A program made the position numbers and the translations under genes. From a virus (taxonomy: Duplodnaviria; Caudoviricetes): DNA of 55,792 nucleotides. Under the pieces are notes generated by a model that did no database searches, had not been told where the DNA came from, and saw only the letters and a list, made by a program, of their open reading frames with translations. The number at the start of each line of letters is the position of its first letter. The stretch's first letter is position 1. Shown here in pieces: positions 45,278-53,516 of the stretch. The stretch lies in the IMG/VR virus record IMGVR_UViG_3300048592_000081, positions 1 through 55,792 of that record. One strand, given 5' to 3'.

Positions 45278-45663
45278 ATGGCCCGGCCGGCGCCGGGTCG
45301 ACCCCCTGCGGGAAATACCCCCACCCCTATGCTCACCGTGCGCACGCCCGCGCACACGTAAGGGGCGCGAGGCCCAGGTGCAAGCTCGGCCGATCGCCTG
45401 CAGGCCCGCCACCTGGGCAGAAAGCACGAGCACCATTCCTTACTTTGGAGACCCAGCCCGTTCCTAGTTTTCTGGCTATCACCAGAACCAAATAACGGGA
45501 ACGACTCGGGCCAGCGGCTCACCCAGGTCTTGCACCACTGGCCGAGAGTCACGATGCAGGTTCTCGACCCTGGCGTTAAAGACAATGCTTTTTCTTACTT
45601 TGCAGGGTCAGCCCGTTCCAAATTTTCGGGCAAAAGTCACAATGAAAATTCTCGCCTGACCCG

Positions 45664-45691
45664 TTGACAAGGCTTTCCGTTGTGCTACAGT
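45664..45691 (+). promoter_or_regulatory. sigma70 promoter of the rightward accessory arm
   Basis: TTGACA-N16-TACAGT with extended TGn. Confidence 0.8.
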
Positions 45692-45730
45692 CCCGACCTA
45701 TGCACTGCACACATCAACCAAGGACGATCA

Positions 45731-46117
45731 ATGTCTGACCAGGACCAAGGGTTCGATCCCTCGCCCCACCTTCTCGCCAAGTTCGAGTTCATCATTCAAC
45801 GGCTCATCGCCACCAACAAGATCGACGACATCATGTCCACCACGCAACGCAAGTCCGGCAGCTTCGCTTCTCAGGTTCTCGACCTCGCGCCCGGCGAGTG
45901 CGCTTCCAAGGCCCGCATCTGTGACCCGACCATCGAGGTCAGCCGGCTCAAGGACGAACTGCCTGAACTGCGTCAGCAACTCCGCAACTCCGTCGCACCG
46001 GCCGTCCGCAACGCGGCCGAGAAGACTGGCGCGTCCTACGGTGTCGAGGTGGGAGAGACCATCACGCCGAGCGGCAACCTGTACCTCGTCGCCATCGTGA
46101 CCCGCAAGGCCGAGTGA
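45731..46117 (+). CDS. hypothetical protein
   Basis: AAGGA SD and ATG 45731. Confidence 0.75.
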   Translation: MSDQDQGFDPSPHLLAKFEFIIQRLIATNKIDDIMSTTQRKSGSFASQVLDLAPGECASKARICDPTIEVSRLKDELPELRQQLRNSVAPAVRNAAEKTGASYGVEVGETITPSGNLYLVAIVTRKAE

Positions 46118-46131
46118 TTCTCACAAAGCGC

Positions 46132-46160
46132 TTGCAGTCAAACGAATGACGCAGTACATT
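46132..46160 (+). promoter_or_regulatory. candidate sigma70 promoter
   Basis: TTGCAG-N17-TACATT in an intergenic gap. Confidence 0.55.
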
Positions 46161-46262
46161 CCACTCATGAGCAGCACCCGATCAGTCATCCCGCTACAGG
46201 GAAATGACGACGGGCATGAGCCTTGTCTGACGGCTCACCACCCTCTGCGGGAACACACCACC

Positions 46263-46544
46263 ATGAACACTCCGACGTTCAAGCACACACCTGGACCTTG
46301 GCACACGAGTCCGAACATCAAGTCTCATAGTGTTTGCGATCAGTACGGTACGACCGTGGCTGTCGTCGGCAACGCCTTCGGTGTCTCGCATGAACGCCGC
46401 CTTGCTGACGCACGGTTGATCGCCGCTGCGCCTGACCTCTTGGCGTCGCTTAAGGCGCTGGTTGTGATCGCGGGTACTAACGGCGTCGATCCTTGGGCCA
46501 TGCGGCACGCCCAATCTGCCATCGCCAAAGCGGAAGGTCTGTGA
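46263..46544 (+). CDS. hypothetical phage protein (HTPGPW...ARLIAAAP family)
   Basis: Common phage motif pair KHTPGPW and ARLIAAAPDLL. Confidence 0.8.
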   Translation: MNTPTFKHTPGPWHTSPNIKSHSVCDQYGTTVAVVGNAFGVSHERRLADARLIAAAPDLLASLKALVVIAGTNGVDPWAMRHAQSAIAKAEGL

Positions 46545-46840
46545 TGACCGTTTACAACATCGAAAAGGTCAAGCCGCCACCCAAGAAGCGCGGCATCAAG
46601 CCCGGAACAATTCTCGGCCCGAGGGTAGGTTCACGCCCTTGGCACTTGCTCAATCTGTCTGTCGGCCAGTCCTTCTACGTTGAGGTGGAAAAGGACATGG
46701 CATCTACCATGGGCCATCTGTCGAACAACATCTTTCACAACGACCTGCAGGGCAAGATCGAGTTGCAGGCATTGCTCGCCATTCATCCAAAGACACGCGA
46801 GGTCATCGAACTCGTTCGCGCTCTGAGGGTGAAGGAATGA
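46544..46840 (+). CDS. hypothetical protein (possible DNA-binding)
   Basis: TGATG coupling; basic N-terminus and L.VGQSF motif. Confidence 0.7.
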   Translation: MTVYNIEKVKPPPKKRGIKPGTILGPRVGSRPWHLLNLSVGQSFYVEVEKDMASTMGHLSNNIFHNDLQGKIELQALLAIHPKTREVIELVRALRVKE

Positions 46841-46922
46841 ACCCGCTGGCCCACGATCCCGATTGGGACGATCCGAACGGGGCGGCGAGGCAATTCCTCT
46901 CGCTAAACCGAGAAAGAACAAG

Positions 46923-47192
46923 ATGCCTACACCATCGCTGAACATCTCATTGCAGCAAGCCCTGAAGACCGCAGGGGATGCAGGCGACATCAAGTCCTTG
47001 CGAGCCCTCGCCATCCAGGAGAGCCAGCGTGCGCAGGAATACCTCGATCTGCTCGCCGCAGTGGTCATGTCCTGCCGAGGTGCTGTGTACGTGCCGAAAA
47101 ACTACAAGGACGTCTATCCTGTTCGCCGGCTTGCAATGAGCGCCATTGGCGACACGATCAAGATCGAGGACGCTACGAGGATCGGCAAGTGA
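46923..47192 (+). CDS. hypothetical protein
   Basis: ORF in the co-oriented cluster; start uncertain. Confidence 0.6.
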   Translation: MPTPSLNISLQQALKTAGDAGDIKSLRALAIQESQRAQEYLDLLAAVVMSCRGAVYVPKNYKDVYPVRRLAMSAIGDTIKIEDATRIGK

Positions 47193-47308
47193 CGCGGCCC
47201 ATCGCGCCACCCAACAGGCCGTTCCCCACGTACAAGGGACAGCCGCTCCCCCGCCGCCGTGTCAAGCGTGCACTGCTGCCAACCGAACCTGCGAGATGGT
47301 GACGTGAC

Positions 47309-47863
47309 ATGCTTGAAACCGTAGCCATTGCCGCTGTCTGCTCGTGGGCCAACCCAGGCGCCGCCCCTTACCGGCGAGGCCCGACGACCAACACCGTCGC
47401 TGCAGCCGTGGCTCGCTACGGCTTCCCGCTCGACGTGCAAGTCGAACTTGTCCGCAAGGAACGGCGGATCGAACCGGATGCTGTCGTGACGATCACCAAG
47501 CAGGGCATGTACGCGCCCAACGGTACAGCCACCAACCTGCGTGACATGCACTGGCGCAATGGGCTGTGCCGCGGAACCGTGGACGTCAGCAAGTGGACAG
47601 AAGGCCATAGCGAGACGGCCCTTGTCTACTGCGTGCGCGAGCACTGCATCGCCGTGCCGATCGTATGCGGCAACGTGAGCCGGATCGACTTCAAGCCTCA
47701 TCCTCCGAAAGAGCCTCTGTTCCGCGCGTGGGAGAACCCCAAGCACGAGCCGCCGCCGTGGCTCAAGAAGGTGCCGCCGCACCGCGGGACGATCCCCGAG
47801 CCCTCAACGTTGCTGCTCGTGAGTGCGGCTGGGGTGATGGCGAGAATCAGAAGGAGGAAGTGA
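47309..47863 (+). CDS. MHFG-family-like PEP-CTERM protein
   Basis: CSW.NPG..PY, RDMHW, C, W, LVYC..HCI.VP.VC.NVSRI, then IPEPSTLLL + hydrophobic segment + RIRRRK C-terminus. Confidence 0.88.
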   Translation: MLETVAIAAVCSWANPGAAPYRRGPTTNTVAAAVARYGFPLDVQVELVRKERRIEPDAVVTITKQGMYAPNGTATNLRDMHWRNGLCRGTVDVSKWTEGHSETALVYCVREHCIAVPIVCGNVSRIDFKPHPPKEPLFRAWENPKHEPPPWLKKVPPHRGTIPEPSTLLLVSAAGVMARIRRRK

Positions 47864-48348
47864 TGCACAAGATAGGCGTTACTTTTGAAATGCTCAAGTC
47901 ATTGGGCGAGGTCTCCATTCGTCTCGGCACCAGCGACAAGTTCGTCGATGTTGCACTGCAATGGGCTGAGGGAGCGAATCAAGAGATCGCCAAGTTGCGG
48001 GCCGATAAGGAAGCCGCAATAGCCAATGCTGACCGTTATCATTTTCCTGCACTACTCCCTCGGTTGGCACTTCGTCAGCATCTACTTCTGATGACAGCAA
48101 AACTAATCCCCGGGTATGTCGTCACCTGGAAGCAACCCTTGCGAACGCAGACGATCTTCAGCGCAGTCGTGCGGCCATTGGTCGAGCCCGACAAGTACGG
48201 TCCCGAGGTCGCTCGGGTGCGCGGCTTCGTGTCGCAGCAGCAAGAGGTCATCGATCGGGCTCACCGCATTGCCGATGAACTGCAGGCCGGCAACTACCGT
48301 GGCCCACGGACGATCAATCTGACCAAGGCGCCGAGGGGGAAGGTGTGA
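47863..48348 (+). CDS. hypothetical protein
   Basis: AAGGAGG SD; TGATG coupling. Confidence 0.7.
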   Translation: MHKIGVTFEMLKSLGEVSIRLGTSDKFVDVALQWAEGANQEIAKLRADKEAAIANADRYHFPALLPRLALRQHLLLMTAKLIPGYVVTWKQPLRTQTIFSAVVRPLVEPDKYGPEVARVRGFVSQQQEVIDRAHRIADELQAGNYRGPRTINLTKAPRGKV

Positions 48349-48713
48349 ACAAGAAGACTGCCGTCACCGCCGCCCGCGCCGCGCTCGATGCGAGGCAGGT
48401 TACCCCCATGTCTCAGCCGAACAGGAAAATCGCCTACACCGCCAGCGACACGCTGCGCAAACTCGGGTATCAATGGGATGAGGCTGCGGAAGCGTGGAGG
48501 CTCGCCGCTGCACCGCCAGTGCCGCAAACGCAGCGCCCGGTGCGGCTGACGGATGAGCGGATCGACGCGGCACACCGGACAGAGAAGCTAGCCATCATCG
48601 CGCTCATGCACCACGACATCAGTGTAGAGAACTTCACATGGGCTCTGCGGCTACTGGCCCGCGCCGTCGAGGCCGAAGTGCTGCGCCTGAACGGCATTGG
48701 AGGCGACGTATGA
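48345..48713 (+). CDS. hypothetical protein
   Basis: GTGA coupling; L..LGY.W and LTDE.I...ARAVEA motifs common in betaproteobacterial phage ORFs. Confidence 0.75.
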   Translation: MNKKTAVTAARAALDARQVTPMSQPNRKIAYTASDTLRKLGYQWDEAAEAWRLAAAPPVPQTQRPVRLTDERIDAAHRTEKLAIIALMHHDISVENFTWALRLLARAVEAEVLRLNGIGGDV

Positions 48714-48970
48714 CGCTGACACCTTTCCGAGGCCGCTGCCATACCTGCGGTCACGATCACGATGCTGAAGGGCAGACGCTGCACGACATCCTGACCACCG
48801 TCGAACCCAGCGCGCGCATCGAAGCCGACCGCGCCGCGATGCAGATGGCGTTGGAAGCGCTGACGCTTGCAGGCGAAAAGATGCCACTTGACGAGCCGTG
48901 GACAGACCGCGATGCCATCATCAAGGCGCGTATTGCCGCCATAGCAGCACTCCGGGAGCGGCTGAAATGA
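48710..48970 (+). CDS. hypothetical protein
   Basis: GGAGG SD; AM..ALEAL...AI.ALRERL motif. Confidence 0.7.
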   Translation: MTLTPFRGRCHTCGHDHDAEGQTLHDILTTVEPSARIEADRAAMQMALEALTLAGEKMPLDEPWTDRDAIIKARIAAIAALRERLK

Positions 48971-49200
48971 ACTCAAAGAATGTCCGCGGAATCACCTTGC
49001 ACTACGAGGATGACACGTCCGAGACCCATCTACTCGTCAAGCCGAGCCCCGCGTTCCATGACGAGTTCAACGAACTGCGGCCACTCGTTGCTGCCGCCAA
49101 GAAACGTAAGGCCGAGAAAATGAATGACGACCCTTGGACAATTCGGCTTATCGTTGCCGCCATTCTTCTCACGATCGCACTCGTCCTTGTGACGCTTTGA
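48967..49200 (+). CDS. small protein with C-terminal TM segment
   Basis: ATGA coupling; ends LIVAAILLTIALVLVTL. Confidence 0.65.
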   Translation: MNSKNVRGITLHYEDDTSETHLLVKPSPAFHDEFNELRPLVAAAKKRKAEKMNDDPWTIRLIVAAILLTIALVLVTL

Positions 49201-49210
49201 GGGACAACCA

Positions 49211-50173
49211 ATGACAACCAACCCGTACAAGAACTTCATCCCGTACCTCGTCAGTTCGGACGCCAAGACGGACGACCTGGATCTCGATCTCCATCGATCC
49301 AAGGAGCCGTCAGGCGGCCAGTGGCGCAGCATCGGACTGATCAATGCGCTGCCGGGCGAAGGTCTTCTCGTCGACCTGAGCGACGCCGGTAAGTTGATGG
49401 CGGTCCGCTTCAATGAACGCATCTTGCCCGGCAAGGTGCGAGACGAACACCTAGGCAAGCGTGTCGCCAAACTCGAACAGATGGAAGGGCGCAAGCTCTC
49501 GAAGAAGGAGTACGCGCAACTCCGCGAAGAGATCGAGTTCGACTTGCTGCCTCGCGCGTTCATCCGACGAACCGTCGTTCCGGTCATCTTCACCAAGATC
49601 GGTACGTCCGATCACCTGATGATGGTCTGCACATCCTCGCAGAAGCGTGCCGACGACGTGGTTGCCGTGTTGACTGCAGTCTTCGGCGAGACTCTGAAGC
49701 CATGGAAGATTGAAATGGGCAGGCCGATCGCCGGGAGTCTGACGACACTGGCTTGCGACGGCTTCCTTTTCAACGAGCACACGCAAGAGGAATGCTCGTT
49801 CTATCCGACCGACGCAGCCGTGCTCAAGGGCAGTGGCAAGAAGACCATTCGCATCAAGGACAAGGACATCCAAGAGCACGATGTTCAGACCCTCCTGAAG
49901 CAGTCCTACGCAGTCACGGAACTGGCCTTGCGGTATGGCGAGGATGAGGACGTTCCCACGCTCACCTTCACCGTGAATGACAACTTCGTATTCAAGCGTG
50001 TGACCCTGCCCGACGTCCAAGTGACGCCGCTCAAGGAGGACGCATTCGGGTTCGCCCTGTTGTGCGTTCAGACCTACTTCAGAATGATCAAAGACATCGT
50101 TGCGGCATTCGGCGGAATGGCGCAACGCCAGAAGCCTTCAACTGAGACTGTTGACGAGGACGACGAACTGTGA
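49211..50173 (+). CDS. rdgC: recombination-associated protein RdgC-like
   Basis: ERILPG.V, E..EGR.L.KKE...L.EE....LLPRAF, SSQKRA, V.ELAL, FGG motifs. Confidence 0.88.
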   Translation: MTTNPYKNFIPYLVSSDAKTDDLDLDLHRSKEPSGGQWRSIGLINALPGEGLLVDLSDAGKLMAVRFNERILPGKVRDEHLGKRVAKLEQMEGRKLSKKEYAQLREEIEFDLLPRAFIRRTVVPVIFTKIGTSDHLMMVCTSSQKRADDVVAVLTAVFGETLKPWKIEMGRPIAGSLTTLACDGFLFNEHTQEECSFYPTDAAVLKGSGKKTIRIKDKDIQEHDVQTLLKQSYAVTELALRYGEDEDVPTLTFTVNDNFVFKRVTLPDVQVTPLKEDAFGFALLCVQTYFRMIKDIVAAFGGMAQRQKPSTETVDEDDEL

Positions 50174-50439
50174 ACACCATGACCGACAAGAACAAGATCG
50201 TCGTGCGGATCAACCACAAGTACATCGATCCGAAGATCCCGCTCGACGGTCAGGTGGATTGGCTGTACCTCCGACTCAGGCTTGAAGGCGTGCCGATGGA
50301 CCGCGAGAAGTTCTACAACATATCTTTGCCGCTGAAGCACCGCTTTGCGGTCACACACGGTCGGCTCGAATGGTCAACTGAAGCCACGGCCGACCGTGGA
50401 ACAGAAACGGTGTTCACATGGCTGGATCAGCAGCAGTGA
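50170..50439 (+). CDS. hypothetical protein (paralog of 51320..51553)
   Basis: GTGA coupling; L.LEGVP...VTHGRL...VFTW. Confidence 0.75.
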   Translation: MNTMTDKNKIVVRINHKYIDPKIPLDGQVDWLYLRLRLEGVPMDREKFYNISLPLKHRFAVTHGRLEWSTEATADRGTETVFTWLDQQQ

Positions 50440-50633
50440 TCACCGCCAAGCCCGGCGAGCCGGACTACGCCAAGCAGCAGTGGAGCGTTTGGCAGCAGGG
50501 CGCCACGGCCGCCCGAGAAGGCAAGAAGGCGTCAGACAACCCTCATCCTCCGCTGCGCTATGAGTACGTCTCGTGGCACAACGGATGGGCCGCAGCAACC
50601 CATCAGATAGCCAAAGAGGACGACGAACTGTGA
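50436..50633 (+). CDS. Rmf/CrpP-fold small protein
   Basis: QG..A..EG....NP.......W..GW pattern of ribosome-modulation-factor-like proteins. Confidence 0.65.
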   Translation: MITAKPGEPDYAKQQWSVWQQGATAAREGKKASDNPHPPLRYEYVSWHNGWAAATHQIAKEDDEL

Positions 50634-51007
50634 GCCGCTTCCGTGACGTACTCGCCCTCCGTGGGCGGATCATCTTGTTCACCAGGACCGCTTCGGTTGG
50701 CGTGGTGTTCGAGCAGATGGCCGAGCGCAATCACGCGCAAGTCATCTGTACCCGAGGGTGGGCAGATCCAACCGGCCCGATCCAGACATGGCACCGCATC
50801 CTGGCCTCTCGTGACTACGGTGTGCTGTCCTGCGATCAGCGCACCTACCTCTCGGGTGCTTGGCGGCTTGGCGGCACCGACTACGTGTGGGTCGGCGACT
50901 GCTTCGACACACCGGAGGTTCACGCTCGCTACTTGCGGGCTTGCGGCAAGGCGCGAGAGCAAGGCGTCGACGTCAGGTTCTGGACATTGAGCGAGGATGC
51001 AGTCTGA
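50630..51007 (+). CDS. hypothetical protein, degenerate helicase C-terminal-like domain
   Basis: GTG 50630 overlaps the upstream stop; RIILFT...VLSC...SGAWRL..TDYVWV...RACGK.R pattern. Confidence 0.65.
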   Translation: MSRFRDVLALRGRIILFTRTASVGVVFEQMAERNHAQVICTRGWADPTGPIQTWHRILASRDYGVLSCDQRTYLSGAWRLGGTDYVWVGDCFDTPEVHARYLRACGKAREQGVDVRFWTLSEDAV

Positions 51008-51074
51008 TGGCTAAGAACAATAGGCTTCAGAATGAATTCACTCCGGGTCCGCTTCTCATCGAAGAACTCGAAGG

Positions 51075-51323
51075 ATGAAGACGCTCACCTCGCTCTCTCC
51101 CGAGATCATCGAAGGTGCGCGCGGTCCATGCCGGGCGCACAGTGGTCTTGCCGTTGCGCTGCAGTACGGAGGCCACGACGTCATCGTGATGGGCGGGAGC
51201 CGAGCCGCCTTGGCTGAGATCGTCCATCAACTCAATCCGAATCTCTCGATCAACCCGGCCGGTGTCTACCCCGTGACACTGATCCACGACCACTACGTCA
51301 TCCGCAAGGATGGAGACCTATGA
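51075..51323 (+). CDS. hypothetical protein
   Basis: Coupled ORF. Confidence 0.7.
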   Translation: MKTLTSLSPEIIEGARGPCRAHSGLAVALQYGGHDVIVMGGSRAALAEIVHQLNPNLSINPAGVYPVTLIHDHYVIRKDGDL

Positions 51324-51553
51324 CGACAATCCGCGTCAAGTTCGAGCGCAAAGTGCTCGAAGCGATCAACCACGACGTTCATATCAACAACACCGTCATT
51401 CGCAAGTTGACGGCAGAAGGCATTCCCGTCGAGGGTGGCCTTTGGCTGCGCAGCGTGAAGCACGGCCGACTCTGCGTCTTCAACGAAGGCCCGCGGATCG
51501 TGTACGAGTGGACACCTGGGTCCGACTCACCGGATGAGGATGACGAACTGTGA
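51320..51553 (+). CDS. hypothetical protein (paralog of 50170..50439)
   Basis: L.AEGIP...VKHGRL...VYEW. Confidence 0.75.
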   Translation: MTTIRVKFERKVLEAINHDVHINNTVIRKLTAEGIPVEGGLWLRSVKHGRLCVFNEGPRIVYEWTPGSDSPDEDDEL

Positions 51554-52155
51554 ACGACTTCAGCATCGATCTTGAGACCCTGCATACCCGCTACAACGCG
51601 GCAATCCTGAGCATCGCCTGTGTGCAGTTCGACATTGCAACCGGCAATCTTGGCAAAGAGTTTTACGTCGAGGTCGAGTTCAACTCGGCCATCAAGGCAG
51701 GTAAGGTCAGCGGTAGAACCTTGGCTTGGTGGGCGCTACAGAGTGACAAGGCCCGCCGCATCTTCTCGGACAGCGCGAATAAGCAACCGTTGCCCGTCGC
51801 TCTCGACAATCTGCGGACATTCCTGTTGAAGACGTGCGAACGGCCGAAAGACATGCGGGTGTGGGGCAACGGGGCCACGTTCGACATCACGATCCTTGAG
51901 CATGCCTACGACAACGGGGCTGTTGGTTTGCCTGAGCCCTGGGCTTACTGGAATGTCCGCGACATGCGGACACTGATCGACGTCGCTGGCTTGGACAAAA
52001 GCGAGTTCCCGCCACGCGAAGGCGTGCATCACAACGCACTGGACGATGCCCGCTATCAGGCTCGCGTGATGAGCGTGGCATGGCAGCGTGTCCGCGGCAA
52101 GCCGGCCACCAAGGGGAAAGTCAGCCCGGTCAAGGTTGAGGACGACGAGTTGTGA
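51550..52155 (+). CDS. DEDDh 3'-5' exonuclease (Rv2179c/DUF5051-like)
   Basis: IDLET, WGNGA.FD..IL, RD.RT, HNALDDA.YQA motifs. Confidence 0.92.
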   Translation: MNDFSIDLETLHTRYNAAILSIACVQFDIATGNLGKEFYVEVEFNSAIKAGKVSGRTLAWWALQSDKARRIFSDSANKQPLPVALDNLRTFLLKTCERPKDMRVWGNGATFDITILEHAYDNGAVGLPEPWAYWNVRDMRTLIDVAGLDKSEFPPREGVHHNALDDARYQARVMSVAWQRVRGKPATKGKVSPVKVEDDEL

Positions 52156-52562
52156 ACAAGAAGAAGCCTGTCCTTTGGGGTGTGCAGACACAGCGAATCC
52201 TCGATCTGCTTGAGCACCAGGGTCCGATGACCCGAAGCGAGGCGTGCCAGATCCTCGGGATCGACCGCCAGTCAGCAGCTTCAATCTTCTCCCGTTTGAT
52301 ACGACCGACCAAGCGGCCGGAGAATCGACCCAAGCGGATTTACATCTGCGGCTATCGCAATGACGAGGAAGGTCAACGCCGCTATCCACGGGCGATCTAT
52401 GCCATCGGCGATAAGCCGGATGCGCGTCGCCCAACGGCTGACCTAAAAGCCGCGAAGCGGCGCTATTGGATGAACCGCAAGGGTCGATTGCTCAACAGCG
52501 TGTTCGTTCTAGGGCTCACCAGGGCTCAACGAGAACAAGTCAAAAACCCCACAATGCCGTAG
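52152..52562 (+). CDS. winged-helix DNA-binding protein
   Basis: IL.LL...GPMT.SE....LG HTH; R.YI..Y, RA.YA.G...DA..P motifs. Confidence 0.75.
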   Translation: MNKKKPVLWGVQTQRILDLLEHQGPMTRSEACQILGIDRQSAASIFSRLIRPTKRPENRPKRIYICGYRNDEEGQRRYPRAIYAIGDKPDARRPTADLKAAKRRYWMNRKGRLLNSVFVLGLTRAQREQVKNPTMP

Positions 52563-52577
52563 GACATTAAAAATGTC

Positions 52578-52606
52578 TTGCGTCATTCCAAGGCATTCAA
52601 TACAGT
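52578..52606 (+). promoter_or_regulatory. candidate sigma70 promoter
   Basis: TTGCGT-N17-TACAGT, preceded by the palindrome GACATT-AAA-AATGTC. Confidence 0.6.
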
Positions 52607-52634
52607 CACATCAAACAACAGGAGAGGAACCCCA

Positions 52635-52991
52635 ATGAACGGAATAACGATCAGCGACGGGCCGAAAGTCCCGACAGGAACGGAAGCCGAGGTGTGCAAC
52701 GACATCGCACAGCGTCAGGCGTTCGGTCTGAACAAGTACGGTGTCGCCGTGGCCGACAACCCGCTGAACATCTTCGAGTGGATGAGGCACGCCTACGAAG
52801 AGGGTCTGGATCAGTCGGTGTACCTGAAGCGTGCAATGGACGAGATTGGCAAGAGCCAGTCCTTCGTCGTCACCGGGATCAACCGCATGGGCGGCGAAGT
52901 CCTACTGACCACGGAGTTCGACGATAACGTGACAACCCGACTGGAATCCGGCGATCGGGTCGTCCTCATGATCCTCAAGAAGCGAGGCTGA
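52635..52991 (+). CDS. all-alpha NTP-pyrophosphatase (MazG-like) small protein
   Basis: R...G..KYG...W..HAYEE.LD..VYL motif; GGAGAGG SD. Confidence 0.65.
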   Translation: MNGITISDGPKVPTGTEAEVCNDIAQRQAFGLNKYGVAVADNPLNIFEWMRHAYEEGLDQSVYLKRAMDEIGKSQSFVVTGINRMGGEVLLTTEFDDNVTTRLESGDRVVLMILKKRG

Positions 52992-52994
52992 CCC

Positions 52995-53516
52995 ATGTTC
53001 GACTTCTTGTCTGCCCCCAAGGCACGCACCCTCCTTCTGCGTCAACTCGAAGCGGCAGAGCGCGATCGCGTCAAGCACATCACCGCCGCCGAAGAGCATA
53101 CGGCTTGGGTCGCCATGTTGGAGATCCGCATCGCGCGCATTCGTTCCGAACTCGGTTCCTCTGTGCCCGTCCAAGCCGGCGAGCACGAACTGCCCCAACC
53201 CTTCACCCCCCCAGGAGATCGCATGAGCGACATGAATACAGGCGACGTATGTCGCCGTCTCGGCGTCAACGTCAGCAGCGAACTGCTGTCGAGCCTCGGA
53301 ATCGAACCGGCCGAACGGAACCGTCGGGCCTTCCTCTACAGCGAGGCGCAGTGGCCAACGATCTGCAAGGCTGTGAGCCGCTACGTCGCCAGCCGGATTG
53401 ACGCTCCCACGCCGCCGCGACCGGCGAAGCCCGAGAAGGCGTCGAAGGTCAAGCCGACTTCCGGTTCCACCGACACCAAATCCATGTTCAACGACGAGGA
53501 CGACGATGAACTCTGA
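52995..53516 (+). CDS. hypothetical protein (possible internal start at 53223)
   Basis: GAGG SD; in-frame AGGAG-N5-ATG at 53223. Confidence 0.75.
   Translation: MFDFLSAPKARTLLLRQLEAAERDRVKHITAAEEHTAWVAMLEIRIARIRSELGSSVPVQAGEHELPQPFTPPGDRMSDMNTGDVCRRLGVNVSSELLSSLGIEPAERNRRAFLYSEAQWPTICKAVSRYVASRIDAPTPPRPAKPEKASKVKPTSGSTDTKSMFNDEDDDEL

Noticed and set aside
47193-47308. Sigma54 promoter expected for PEP-CTERM genes
   Set aside because: No TGGCAC-N5-TTGC element with correct spacing found upstream.
50156-53516. KDEL-type ER retention signals
   Set aside because: Bacterial phage context; the resemblance is coincidental.
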